From a virus (taxonomy: Duplodnaviria; Caudoviricetes): a stretch of DNA of 54,857 nucleotides. The notes below the pieces were generated by a model. The model saw only the letters and a program-made list of their open reading frames with translations, was not told the origin of the DNA and ran no database searches. Below are positions 8,730 through 17,732 of this stretch, in pieces. The first letter of the stretch is position 1. Each line of letters begins with the position of its first letter. Location: the IMG/VR virus record IMGVR_UViG_3300048686_000254, positions 1 to 54,857 of that record; one strand, written 5' to 3'. A program made the translations under genes and the position numbers.

Positions 8730-9525
8730 GATATCCGTACCTGCTAGTACATATCAAATGCTGTCGTTGGTTGCTTCAATATTAGAGCAGAGGCGCATGG
8801 TAGAGCACACGCTTTGCGATGCATTAGTAGTGGCAATAAACACTTCTACGTCTGCAATGTCTACACAGATTAAGCTGCTGTCGAAATTCTATTGCCAATC
8901 TGACGAGGATAGATACTACGTCAAGGTACGCAAAGATGTCAAGCAGATGATTTATGACTATGCAAAGTCGTATAAGGTTCCTGCCCAAGCTTTTCTAAAT
9001 GCTGTTATTTCAGTGTATATGAAAGCGTTGATGGTGACAATTTGGAGGGACAAGAGCATCGACAAATCCAGTATATCGAGCTCTTACCCTGATTTGATCA
9101 TTGAGCACAAACATGCTTTTAAGTTGCCCCATAAGCACAAAGTTCCAAACCATAAGGTGCGAAAACTAAAGCGCTTATCGGACCAGAATCTTATGAGACA
9201 CCACAATTACATGGAAGAGTTCCATGCATACATGGAACAATTTGGCGGTCTAGAAAAATATATTAATCAGAACATCAAGCTGATGATACACGCTAGACCC
9301 TTAGAAGGAGCAATCGGAAAGAAGACTGAGTTAGATACGCCGAAGGAACAGAATCCTGGTACGATTCATACCGCTAGGATCTGGAAGCGCGGACGTGGCT
9401 ACAATATAACTGTTCTCGGTCATGGTAGTAGCTATGGTGAAGATGCGCCAGTCTTAGAAATAGGTACTGTTTTCCGACTGTATGACATTTACCGAAACAT
9501 TGACTGGTTCACAATTACCATTTAG
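8689..9525 (+). CDS. Hypothetical protein, possibly with ribbon-helix-helix-like repeats
   Basis: YKISVPASTYQML and YYVKVRKDVKQMI are strand-helix-like units. Confidence 0.45.
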   Translation: MNVTIRRKSTERYKISVPASTYQMLSLVASILEQRRMVEHTLCDALVVAINTSTSAMSTQIKLLSKFYCQSDEDRYYVKVRKDVKQMIYDYAKSYKVPAQAFLNAVISVYMKALMVTIWRDKSIDKSSISSSYPDLIIEHKHAFKLPHKHKVPNHKVRKLKRLSDQNLMRHHNYMEEFHAYMEQFGGLEKYINQNIKLMIHARPLEGAIGKKTELDTPKEQNPGTIHTARIWKRGRGYNITVLGHGSSYGEDAPVLEIGTVFRLYDIYRNIDWFTITI

Positions 9526-9533
9526 GAGACACT

Positions 9534-9884
9534 ATGTCTAGTTTTAAGATTGCGGGTGTAGTAACATATATATCACCCGTAGAGAAATTTGGCGCTGGGA
9601 AAGAATCAAAGCGCATTATCGTAGAGACGCAGGATAAGTATCCGAACTACTTTCCGGTTACGTTCTATGGCGACAAAATGAATGCTATCGACGGCTTGAA
9701 ACAGGGGGACTATGTAGAAGTCGATACATTCCCAGGCGGTCGTCTTAAAAAAGGTGACGACAGCCAAGCATTTTGCTATTTGAATGGTTGGACATGCAGT
9801 GTCATGAACACAGGCCAGCAGCCAGTAGCTTCTGCTAAGGAACATCCGGCATTAGCTAAGTTCGATGACGGCATCCCATTTTAA
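9534..9884 (+). CDS. DUF3127-type single-stranded DNA-binding protein
   Basis: FKIAGVV...IIVETQDKYPNYFPVTFYGDK...GDYVEV...GR...LNGW; acidic DDGIPF tail. Confidence 0.85.
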   Translation: MSSFKIAGVVTYISPVEKFGAGKESKRIIVETQDKYPNYFPVTFYGDKMNAIDGLKQGDYVEVDTFPGGRLKKGDDSQAFCYLNGWTCSVMNTGQQPVASAKEHPALAKFDDGIPF

Positions 9885-9900
9885 GCAATTTCTGAACGTA

Positions 9901-9942
9901 TAGGTTAAATCACGGGGTAACTTTGCAGCAAGTTATCCCGTG
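9901..9942 (+). promoter_or_regulatory. Putative promoter (TAGGTT) followed by a 13-bp 5' stem-loop
   Basis: CACGGGGTAACTT-TGCAGC-AAGTTATCCCGTG (one G.U pair), no U-tract; begins about 5 nt after TAGGTT. Confidence 0.45.
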
Positions 9943-9948
9943 AAACCT

Positions 9949-10200
9949 ATGAAATCTAAACTACTGCATCGCCCACGGGCGACTGTTAAAATACATTCTG
10001 GTGCTTCCAATCTTATTGGAAAAACTAAATTCGGTCGGGTAGGTCTAATTTCAAAACGCTACCAGGGTCAGCCTGTAAAAGAAGATGAGGTATGGCTTGT
10101 AGATGTAGTGCATGAAGGACCTAACTATTTCATTATGATCCCAACTGAAAAGCTTAAAGATGCCACCGAAACGACCCAGAATAACTCCATCTCAGACTGA
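9949..10200 (+). CDS. Small hypothetical protein (possible OB/TRAM-like beta fold)
   Basis: Beta-rich basic ORF: PVKEDEVWLVDVVHEGPNYFIMIP. Confidence 0.5.
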   Translation: MKSKLLHRPRATVKIHSGASNLIGKTKFGRVGLISKRYQGQPVKEDEVWLVDVVHEGPNYFIMIPTEKLKDATETTQNNSISD

Positions 10201-11944
10201 CTTATCAGTCCAAGATGTACGTGATTACTCGACGCCAGAAGGATCGTCTATGGCGAACGAGGAGATGCGTCGCCTCAAGTTTACGATCCAGCAACTGAAG
10301 GAAAAACAAGAAGAACAAGCAGCCGCTATAGTATCCGTAGGTGGAACACTACAAGCTGGTGGACAGGGTGATGTTATAGTTCCACCTGAAGTATCTTATA
10401 GTTTCTTTGTCAAGGCTGAAAATTATAGAGCGGCAGAAGTAAAAGATAAAGAGACGGTTATTTTCCGTGGTGTCCGTGGAATTACTGTTTCAAATGTCGG
10501 CAAGACAATTACAATCGGGATGCCCTATGTATTCTGGACGGCACGAGCTGATAATGGTTCGCAGACTGTTAGGAATACAGAAACTTTAAGATTTACTGGT
10601 ATAAATGGCGTCAGAACAAAAATTGATGCTACGACTAGTACACTTATTATAGATCGACCACTGACAATCTATCAGCGTGGAATCGCTATTGGTGATGCAG
10701 GAACTATCGGTGTAGACTTTTTCAATGCGACCAACTATAAACCAGATACGTATGTCCAGCAGGTATACTTTCAAGTATCAGACATGGGTAGTGGTGTTAG
10801 ACGTGTTCAAGGATGGACGGTCACAGGTGGTGGAAGTTCTTACCATTGGCATGCTTCTGACGGACAGCAAACACACCAAGTCAACAGCGGTGGAACGGTT
10901 ATCTGGCAGGGAACCAATGGCGTTGTAGTTAGTCTGGTTCCTGGTCAACATACCTTTACAATCGACCGCCCGCTGCAGATACAGCAGGACGATACTAACA
11001 TTGGCGGTCAGGATACTGTCACGCTCAATATAGACAACGCTACCGTACAGAAACCGCTAGGTCATAATAGTCGTATATGGACACAGGTTCTTGACGATGG
11101 CAACGGTAAGCGTACGCTGCGTATGTACTACGATCCTGCTGGTACTACAACAACTTCACTCCAAATCCAGCAGCGTAGTATTGACATCGGTGGTAATGAT
11201 ACTGGAATACTAAACTTTGACAATGAAGTTACAGTAAAGCCTCAGAACTATACTGGTCGTGTATACGCACAAGTTATAGATGATCTAAATGGTAAGCGTT
11301 CAATAAGGCTATGGCATACATCTGGTGAGCTCAACTTTACTAAATGGAGAATTGCTGCCAGCCATACGATAAATCCAATAACATCAAATCCAGCTCAGTC
11401 AGATGTTTTAAATAATGACCTAGTTACATTTATTGGTATAAATGGCGTACGTATTACTAGGACTACATCAGGATTAAACAATGAAGAAGAGAATGTATTT
11501 ATTGGTATAGATCCTAATGAACCACCTTGGGGAGATCCAAACAGCGGTGCTGATTGGAAAATAAAAGGGATACTTGAATTTGATAATACTAATGATAACT
11601 ATTTTTGGGATATAAATAACCAATTATCAAATCCAACTTTGCAGACAAAACCTCAGTATAGATATGGTTATAGGAAATATCAGGATGTAGTACATAATTG
11701 GGGTTTGACTGATCCTAAAAATATAGAAGTTCACCTGCTTGACTGGTCTGTAAATGAAGTGCCAACTTTAGAATGCTATCGTTCTGGGGCTAATACTATG
11801 TCTGGGGAGTCGTTCTCAAACCAACTTTTTAGGAACATTTGTCATTGGTCTCCTATTAATGAAAATACTGTAAGGTTCTACGCTACTATGTCAAGGGGGA
11901 AACCTACAGTTATGAAATTCAGATATAGTATAAGGAAAGTTTAA
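10160..11944 (+). CDS. Virion structural / fibre-like protein with internal repeats
   Basis: N-terminal coiled coil; four (F/W)xGxxG(V/I) units and three LxIxQ..IG...KP units; Thr/Gly/Asn-rich. Confidence 0.6.
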   Translation: MPPKRPRITPSQTDLSVQDVRDYSTPEGSSMANEEMRRLKFTIQQLKEKQEEQAAAIVSVGGTLQAGGQGDVIVPPEVSYSFFVKAENYRAAEVKDKETVIFRGVRGITVSNVGKTITIGMPYVFWTARADNGSQTVRNTETLRFTGINGVRTKIDATTSTLIIDRPLTIYQRGIAIGDAGTIGVDFFNATNYKPDTYVQQVYFQVSDMGSGVRRVQGWTVTGGGSSYHWHASDGQQTHQVNSGGTVIWQGTNGVVVSLVPGQHTFTIDRPLQIQQDDTNIGGQDTVTLNIDNATVQKPLGHNSRIWTQVLDDGNGKRTLRMYYDPAGTTTTSLQIQQRSIDIGGNDTGILNFDNEVTVKPQNYTGRVYAQVIDDLNGKRSIRLWHTSGELNFTKWRIAASHTINPITSNPAQSDVLNNDLVTFIGINGVRITRTTSGLNNEEENVFIGIDPNEPPWGDPNSGADWKIKGILEFDNTNDNYFWDINNQLSNPTLQTKPQYRYGYRKYQDVVHNWGLTDPKNIEVHLLDWSVNEVPTLECYRSGANTMSGESFSNQLFRNICHWSPINENTVRFYATMSRGKPTVMKFRYSIRKV

Positions 11945-14712
11945 TGCCAGCAGGTTCGTTTAGTCCAGAAGCTTTTGGCATTATGCCATATATGAACTTT
12001 CGGAATACTTACCTTCCGACAAGTTCAATAGCATCTTATCCCGTAGGAAGTGACATAATATTTCGTTGGGTTGAAGATGGCAGTCGTATCTATGTACCTA
12101 ACGGTGGAGACATAGAAGGTACTAAATCATACTGTTTCAATGTATATGCAAATGGTAAGTATGGTTCAGATGCAGTAATTGCTAATCACTTCCCTTGGGT
12201 TCATGTAACTCCAGTTCTTCCAAACATTGCCAATCTAAATTCTATACGACAACTATGGTTGTTGCAAGATTTTGGTAATATCTATACAGTGACCAATAGG
12301 TCGGAACTAGACCAACTAGCAAAAGGGACTCATCCAACTTTAGGTGGATTGGCTTTTGATACCAAGTCTACATTCAATTATCTCAATGGCATTCAGTCTG
12401 GAAAAGATTATACATGGCGGGAATACAATAGATTCCTTTTCCATTCTTATGCTTTTGTAACAAGTGATAATACTTGGTGGGTATACACTAGAAGTTCAGC
12501 AGGTGTAAACGAACAATGGATACGTGCAATACCTAAAACATCAGTAGGTAATACAACCTATTCAGATGTCGTAAAGAATCCGCAAAATCCAGTTACAACT
12601 ACATGTACTATCTATGAGATAACCATACCAACTTCAGACCTACCTAAATACGGTGGTCGAGAAGTACGTGAAAATGATTACTATGATGTTTGTTTTGATC
12701 TTAATAGCAAACATGCATTTGCAGGTGACCCACCAAATGTCACATATCTATATGATGCTGTACTTAAGATATTACCTCAAGGCAATACGTCTTATAGGCA
12801 ATTCCCAGAGCGAACCGAGCTTAATACTCGTGTAGCTGGTGAAAAAGCTTGGTATGAAGACGAGTTCCTAACTGCTTCCCAAATTGAGGCAGGCACAGGC
12901 GTAACTCTTAGATGGAGGAAACTTGATGGATCTTTAACTGGATATACAACAGATCCAGTAAAAGGAATGAATCTAGTTGTTGAAGCTGATCCTGGCGGCG
13001 GAGCTACACGTCATCAAGGTGCATACTACCCATTTAGCAATGCTAACATCTATTACGATGAAACTACAAGTATCATTCGCTTTCAAGATGAGCCACAGGA
13101 TTACCCTGACTCAGCTATAGCACTTGGTATAGCCCGTACAACATTACCAATATACTTTGATCTTTTCCATGACATAGCAAACGATGTAGGTATTGTAAGA
13201 GCTCGTGCAGCAAACAACAATCTACACTTCAGCATTACGCAGTTAAATACTATTAATACATATCCAATGGATACGGCTGGTCAGTTCAATGACTATACCG
13301 TTAACCATATACGTTTGGTGGATACGCCAAATCTGACTTGGAATGTATTCGGCGATACTATGCCTACGCTAATGCCGGACAATACAACTGCTGTTAGACA
13401 GGGAGTAATAATAACGCCGCAGCTAAATGGTTTGTATGTAAACTGGAACATACGTTCAGGTAACCACACGTACTTCAACTCTTCTAGCAACATACGCCAA
13501 GTAATTACAGCGGATCCAAACTTCCCTTTGCCAGGTACTCAGATGTCTACATTCTCAGTAGACTCTACTGATGGTGTAGATTTCTGGGGTAAGAATGGTG
13601 TAGTATGTACACTGATTGGTGCTGGAGCTGATAGGTTGCAAGTGGTAGTAGATAGAAAACTACTTGTTACCGATGGCAGACAACTGCCTAAAGATACAAC
13701 GTACATACACTTTGATTCCGGATTAGGTACTAAGCAGGGATCTTTGCAGTTTGGAAAGACATTAACAGATCCTGATGTTAAAATATACTATGCCGGAGTT
13801 TCAGACTTTGGAACTGCATTTCAAAGTGTACCAGCACTGCCAATAACATTTGAAGTACAGAATGGTTTGCGTTCAACTGGACTTGAGTCGGGTGATGGTA
13901 TCAGGACTGTTCGCGGATTATATCCTAGACAGGACGGAAGATTTGCTTCTCATTGGTTAAAAGACTATAACGTAGCGGATGACTATAGGACGTTAGCAAA
14001 CTATGGACCTCTGAATATCAGACCTACTATTGAGTTTGGTTTTTGGGGCTGGGATGATCCGAACTCAGAGCTAAACATCATTGCTTCTGATTACAGTCCA
14101 TACAGCGGAGTTGATTGGTACACAGATCTTTTTAATCCAATCCAAGGTGGCGGTATACAGGGTAAGGCTTTATCGTTAAAATGGACTGAAGGTCTATATT
14201 ATATAAGCGCCACCGTTCAGGGTATTATGGGTATGTTCCCAGGTACTCTGCCTAACGATCAATTTAATCCCGTAATTAGCCAAGCAGTTCACTTGCATTT
14301 ATTTGCAAGGCCACAGTTTAATGGTGGTGGAGATCCTTTAGTTTTAGATACTAAAATTTTGCAGTCTTTTGACATCATGAAGAATTACGATATAGTCCCT
14401 TTCATAGCAGGAGGAGTTGGACCAAACACTCATACGCTATATAGACAAGCAAATAATTCAAGACCGTGGTCTGTACAGGGTGGCGGATTATTTTGGTTGC
14501 GTGGATTAGAATCAATAACCGGACTGTTAACCTTGAATGATGGTGGATACAACAATCTATTCTTTTACCAGGTGTGCTACATCAAGATGAATTGTGTGAA
14601 GGTATCAAACGTCGCAGATTTACACATGCCACCACAAATTGTGACACAAGACACAGATCCAACGAGTTACAACTACGCGCCACAAAGATGGCATGACATG
14701 AACTTCTATTAA
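11944..14712 (+). CDS. Large virion structural / receptor-binding-like protein
   Basis: 922 aa, beta-rich; contains QIEAGTGVTL and VDFWGKNGVV...VDRKL, the same module type as the upstream gene. Confidence 0.55.
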   Translation: MPAGSFSPEAFGIMPYMNFRNTYLPTSSIASYPVGSDIIFRWVEDGSRIYVPNGGDIEGTKSYCFNVYANGKYGSDAVIANHFPWVHVTPVLPNIANLNSIRQLWLLQDFGNIYTVTNRSELDQLAKGTHPTLGGLAFDTKSTFNYLNGIQSGKDYTWREYNRFLFHSYAFVTSDNTWWVYTRSSAGVNEQWIRAIPKTSVGNTTYSDVVKNPQNPVTTTCTIYEITIPTSDLPKYGGREVRENDYYDVCFDLNSKHAFAGDPPNVTYLYDAVLKILPQGNTSYRQFPERTELNTRVAGEKAWYEDEFLTASQIEAGTGVTLRWRKLDGSLTGYTTDPVKGMNLVVEADPGGGATRHQGAYYPFSNANIYYDETTSIIRFQDEPQDYPDSAIALGIARTTLPIYFDLFHDIANDVGIVRARAANNNLHFSITQLNTINTYPMDTAGQFNDYTVNHIRLVDTPNLTWNVFGDTMPTLMPDNTTAVRQGVIITPQLNGLYVNWNIRSGNHTYFNSSSNIRQVITADPNFPLPGTQMSTFSVDSTDGVDFWGKNGVVCTLIGAGADRLQVVVDRKLLVTDGRQLPKDTTYIHFDSGLGTKQGSLQFGKTLTDPDVKIYYAGVSDFGTAFQSVPALPITFEVQNGLRSTGLESGDGIRTVRGLYPRQDGRFASHWLKDYNVADDYRTLANYGPLNIRPTIEFGFWGWDDPNSELNIIASDYSPYSGVDWYTDLFNPIQGGGIQGKALSLKWTEGLYYISATVQGIMGMFPGTLPNDQFNPVISQAVHLHLFARPQFNGGGDPLVLDTKILQSFDIMKNYDIVPFIAGGVGPNTHTLYRQANNSRPWSVQGGGLFWLRGLESITGLLTLNDGGYNNLFFYQVCYIKMNCVKVSNVADLHMPPQIVTQDTDPTSYNYAPQRWHDMNFY

Positions 14713-14721
14713 GGAAAAACA

Positions 14722-15078
14722 ATGGCTTCAAGAACTGTAACAGCTACCGTCAGCGTAGCAAATCCAAACCGAGATGGCACAGGGACATTGGTAGACTTAG
14801 CAACTGGTCTGCTAAATGGTACAACAGTATCATCTATAATCATTAAAGCCCAGGGTACTACTACTGCTGGTATGATTCGTCTGTTTTATTACGATGGTAC
14901 TACAAATCATTTATACTCAGAAGTGCCTGTCTCGGCGGTAACAGCATCTGCATCTGCATCGACATTTACTACATCTGCTTATGCAAGCGGACTGATTATT
15001 GGCTACAACCAAAAGCTTCGTGTTGCTACGGAAAAAGCAGAGACGTTCAACATTATCGCTACTATCGAAGATCTTTAA
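14722..15078 (+). CDS. Small structural protein, paralogue 1
   Basis: Thr-rich jelly-roll-like sequence: TTTAGMIRLFYYDGT..L..EVPVSAVT. Confidence 0.6.
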   Translation: MASRTVTATVSVANPNRDGTGTLVDLATGLLNGTTVSSIIIKAQGTTTAGMIRLFYYDGTTNHLYSEVPVSAVTASASASTFTTSAYASGLIIGYNQKLRVATEKAETFNIIATIEDL

Positions 15079-15087
15079 GGAAACACA

Positions 15088-15444
15088 ATGGCAATACATG
15101 CATATACAGCAATACTAACAACGGCAGACACTACATACGACGCATCTGTCGCAGGTGTAAATCTAGTCACGGGAACTACAAATGGAACTATCATTGACGA
15201 GATTACCATCAATGCTATCCAAACAACGACAGCTGGGTTTGTACGTATGTTTATTGATGATGGCACAAACAAAAGACTGCATACACAGATACCAGTATCA
15301 GCAATAACGCCAACCACTACTGTTGCCTCATGGAGTACAGTCATCAGGCCGCTAAACCTAAAGCTACACAATAATCAAAAAATAGTATTTACTACTACTA
15401 TTGGTGATGACTTCCATCTAACGGCAAGCGTCACAGAACTTTAA
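15088..15444 (+). CDS. Small structural protein, paralogue 2
   Basis: Same length (118 aa) and motif TTTAGFVRMFIDDGT..L..QIPVSAIT. Confidence 0.6.
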   Translation: MAIHAYTAILTTADTTYDASVAGVNLVTGTTNGTIIDEITINAIQTTTAGFVRMFIDDGTNKRLHTQIPVSAITPTTTVASWSTVIRPLNLKLHNNQKIVFTTTIGDDFHLTASVTEL

Positions 15445-15461
15445 TCATTTACGAGGACATT

Positions 15462-15659
15462 ATGCCTGACGAACTTTTGGTGGAACAACCACAAACACAG
15501 CTTTCGGTAGAACAGGAATGCGCGGAAGCAGCCAAGTCACTCTTTGAGTTTATCAATTTCCAAACTGCCAAGTATGGCAATCGGATAGCTTTTACGGTAA
15601 ACATCGCCTTTGTTCCTGCTGCAACTAAACCAGAACAGCAAGAACAAACAGGTGAGTAA
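15462..15659 (+). CDS. Hypothetical protein
   Basis: GAGGA RBS; 65 aa; TAATG coupling to next gene. Confidence 0.5.
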   Translation: MPDELLVEQPQTQLSVEQECAEAAKSLFEFINFQTAKYGNRIAFTVNIAFVPAATKPEQQEQTGE

Positions 15660-16771
15660 TGCCGAGAGTACGTATTAGCGAAGAGGAATTTGAGGTAATA
15701 CGAGAGCAACGCGAAGCACGGCTACTGGATCTTAAGAAGGCTGGTGGTCGTGCGCGTGGCGCTCAAATAAAAAACGCATTCAATAGTGTAGCTGACGCAC
15801 GGGAAGAAAAGCTCAAACGTATAGCTAGAAAGGTTCGTACTACTGTGCCTCCACAGAATCGTGAGTACAAAGTCAAAGGCGGAAAAGCTACTAGCGATCA
15901 GCTTAAAAAAGTCTCTGACGAGTACAACGCAGCTATACTACCAGACCAACCTCGCGGATACGTATTCGGTATGGATGATGCCGTAGAGCCAATGATGGGC
16001 GAACTACGCCCTGACGTGCTGTGCGACATTGCTCCAGGCAAGATAGGCATTATATCGGATGCGCACTGGCCCTTCCACGACATGTACAAAGATGGCGATG
16101 GTAAGATAAAGGGTGCATACTACACGGCAATAAGCAACCTCAAGGACTGGGGTGTCGATACACTCGTACTTAATGGCGATATGATGGACGTATACAACCT
16201 ATCGCGCCATGAAAAGATAGAAGCAAAACGCAACTGGGCATGGGAGCTAGACGTTAGCCGTAAGATGTTAGAACATCTTAGGCAGTTCTTTGGAGACAAT
16301 GTTCGCATAGTCTACCGTGAAGGAAACCACGAAGAGCGCTTTGCTGCATATATAGCACGTAAGGCTGCCGAGTTTCAGGGTACGATACATCTTAATGAGA
16401 TGCTTCACTTGCATAAGTACGGCATTGAGTGGGTGAATGAGCGAGCCAAGATGAAGGCTGGTGACATGTATATTGACCACGGTCATGAATACTTTGGCAG
16501 CGGTGGCAGTGTAAACCCAGCACGGGGATATTTCCTAAAAGCATACGACAACCTAATTGTTGGTCACGTACACAAAACAAGCAATTCCGTAGTCCGTAAG
16601 CCTATAGATGGTCAGTTCCTACAGGTTTATACGACGGGCTGTCTGTGTGATCTAAATCCTCATTATGCCAGCCGTCCAGCCTGGAATCATGGATATGGAG
16701 AATTGACTGTCGAAGACGATGGTAGTTTCGTATTTTACAACCGCATTATCATGGACGGTAAGACGATATGA
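15659..16771 (+). CDS. Calcineurin-like metallophosphoesterase
   Basis: ISDAH, NGDMMD, EGNHE, HGHE and VGHVH: all five metal-binding motifs present. Confidence 0.88.
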   Translation: MPRVRISEEEFEVIREQREARLLDLKKAGGRARGAQIKNAFNSVADAREEKLKRIARKVRTTVPPQNREYKVKGGKATSDQLKKVSDEYNAAILPDQPRGYVFGMDDAVEPMMGELRPDVLCDIAPGKIGIISDAHWPFHDMYKDGDGKIKGAYYTAISNLKDWGVDTLVLNGDMMDVYNLSRHEKIEAKRNWAWELDVSRKMLEHLRQFFGDNVRIVYREGNHEERFAAYIARKAAEFQGTIHLNEMLHLHKYGIEWVNERAKMKAGDMYIDHGHEYFGSGGSVNPARGYFLKAYDNLIVGHVHKTSNSVVRKPIDGQFLQVYTTGCLCDLNPHYASRPAWNHGYGELTVEDDGSFVFYNRIIMDGKTI

Positions 16772-17097
16772 AGATACCTACATCGTTTAAGCTTGGTGCT
16801 CACACCTGGAAAGTAAAGCTAGTCAAAAGTATTGGCGAGCCAGGTGAGTACGTGCATGGTATATGCTATACAACAGATCATATAATCCAGATTGCTAAGA
16901 CTGTCAATGGCAAGAAAGTCTCTGACGACTCTATGTTTCAGACATTCTTGCATGAGTTCGTGCATGCAGCACTGCATATCCTCGGTAAAGAGGATGATGA
17001 AGAATTAGCTGCTGGATTAGAACAGATGTACTATCAGCTGTATAAGACAGCTAAGTATCCTAAGACTAGCGACCCTGCCCGCGGTAAGCCTTCGTAG
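16768..17097 (+). CDS. Small HExxH zinc-metallopeptidase-like protein
   Basis: GICY...IQI...QTFLHEFVHAAL...EE. Confidence 0.65.
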   Translation: MKIPTSFKLGAHTWKVKLVKSIGEPGEYVHGICYTTDHIIQIAKTVNGKKVSDDSMFQTFLHEFVHAALHILGKEDDEELAAGLEQMYYQLYKTAKYPKTSDPARGKPS

Positions 17098-17218
17098 CTT
17101 TATTACTGGCTGTCGCAGAGTGCTTCGTGTTCTTTGAAGCACCCTGCCGTGTTTTCTTATCGCCATGCTCCATACGCTTAGTATTGCTAGAGCCGAGTTT
17201 ACCTTTAGCTTTTGACAT
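17066..17218 (-). CDS. Small basic YRGQG-terminal phage peptide (missed by ORF track)
   Basis: Manual translation gives MSKAKGKLGSSNTKRMEHGDKKTRQGASKNTKHSATASNKATKAYRGQGR*; ATG is 2 nt after the stop of the upstream gene. Confidence 0.75.
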   Translation of the reverse strand: MSKAKGKLGSSNTKRMEHGDKKTRQGASKNTKHSATASNKATKAYRGQGR

Positions 17219-17220
17219 GT

Positions 17221-17727
17221 TTAGTCGCGTGTTTTTTGCTGATTGCTAGGTGTATATACTCCGGCTCTCATTCTAGGTAATGTGCTCTCAGTATAAAACT
17301 GATTTGATGGAGCGAGTACTTTAGATGTATAAGCTGAAGGGACTGGTGGAGCAATAAAGAATGATGGTATGCGGGAAGGTGCTCCTGGCTCTACTTGCAC
17401 AGGCGCTACACCTGCTGATCCTCCTGGTTGGTATCCAGCTCGTGTTAAATACCAATCGTAGATATTCTTAACTATATCTTCACCGAATGTATCAGCCGTT
17501 TTAATTAGGAAAGGATTATACTCTAGAGTTTTAGGATTCAAACCCTGCCTCATGTAATCTCTCGCCATCATGATATCTTGAAGCGCTTTGTTGTTAGCAG
17601 CAGTCTGTTCAGCAGCTGCTTGATACTCCATAGCCTGCGCACGAGATTCGGCATCCATAGCCCTAGAAAGCATTTGCTCACCAGCATTTGCGCCCATTAA
17701 AAATGGATGTGTTATATACTGTGGCAT
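17221..17727 (-). CDS. Putative internal virion / ejection-associated protein
   Basis: Ala/Gln-rich helical N-terminus; co-transcribed with the Gly/Ala/Gln-rich gene. Confidence 0.45.
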   Translation of the reverse strand: MPQYITHPFLMGANAGEQMLSRAMDAESRAQAMEYQAAAEQTAANNKALQDIMMARDYMRQGLNPKTLEYNPFLIKTADTFGEDIVKNIYDWYLTRAGYQPGGSAGVAPVQVEPGAPSRIPSFFIAPPVPSAYTSKVLAPSNQFYTESTLPRMRAGVYTPSNQQKTRD

Positions 17728-17732
17728 TATTT

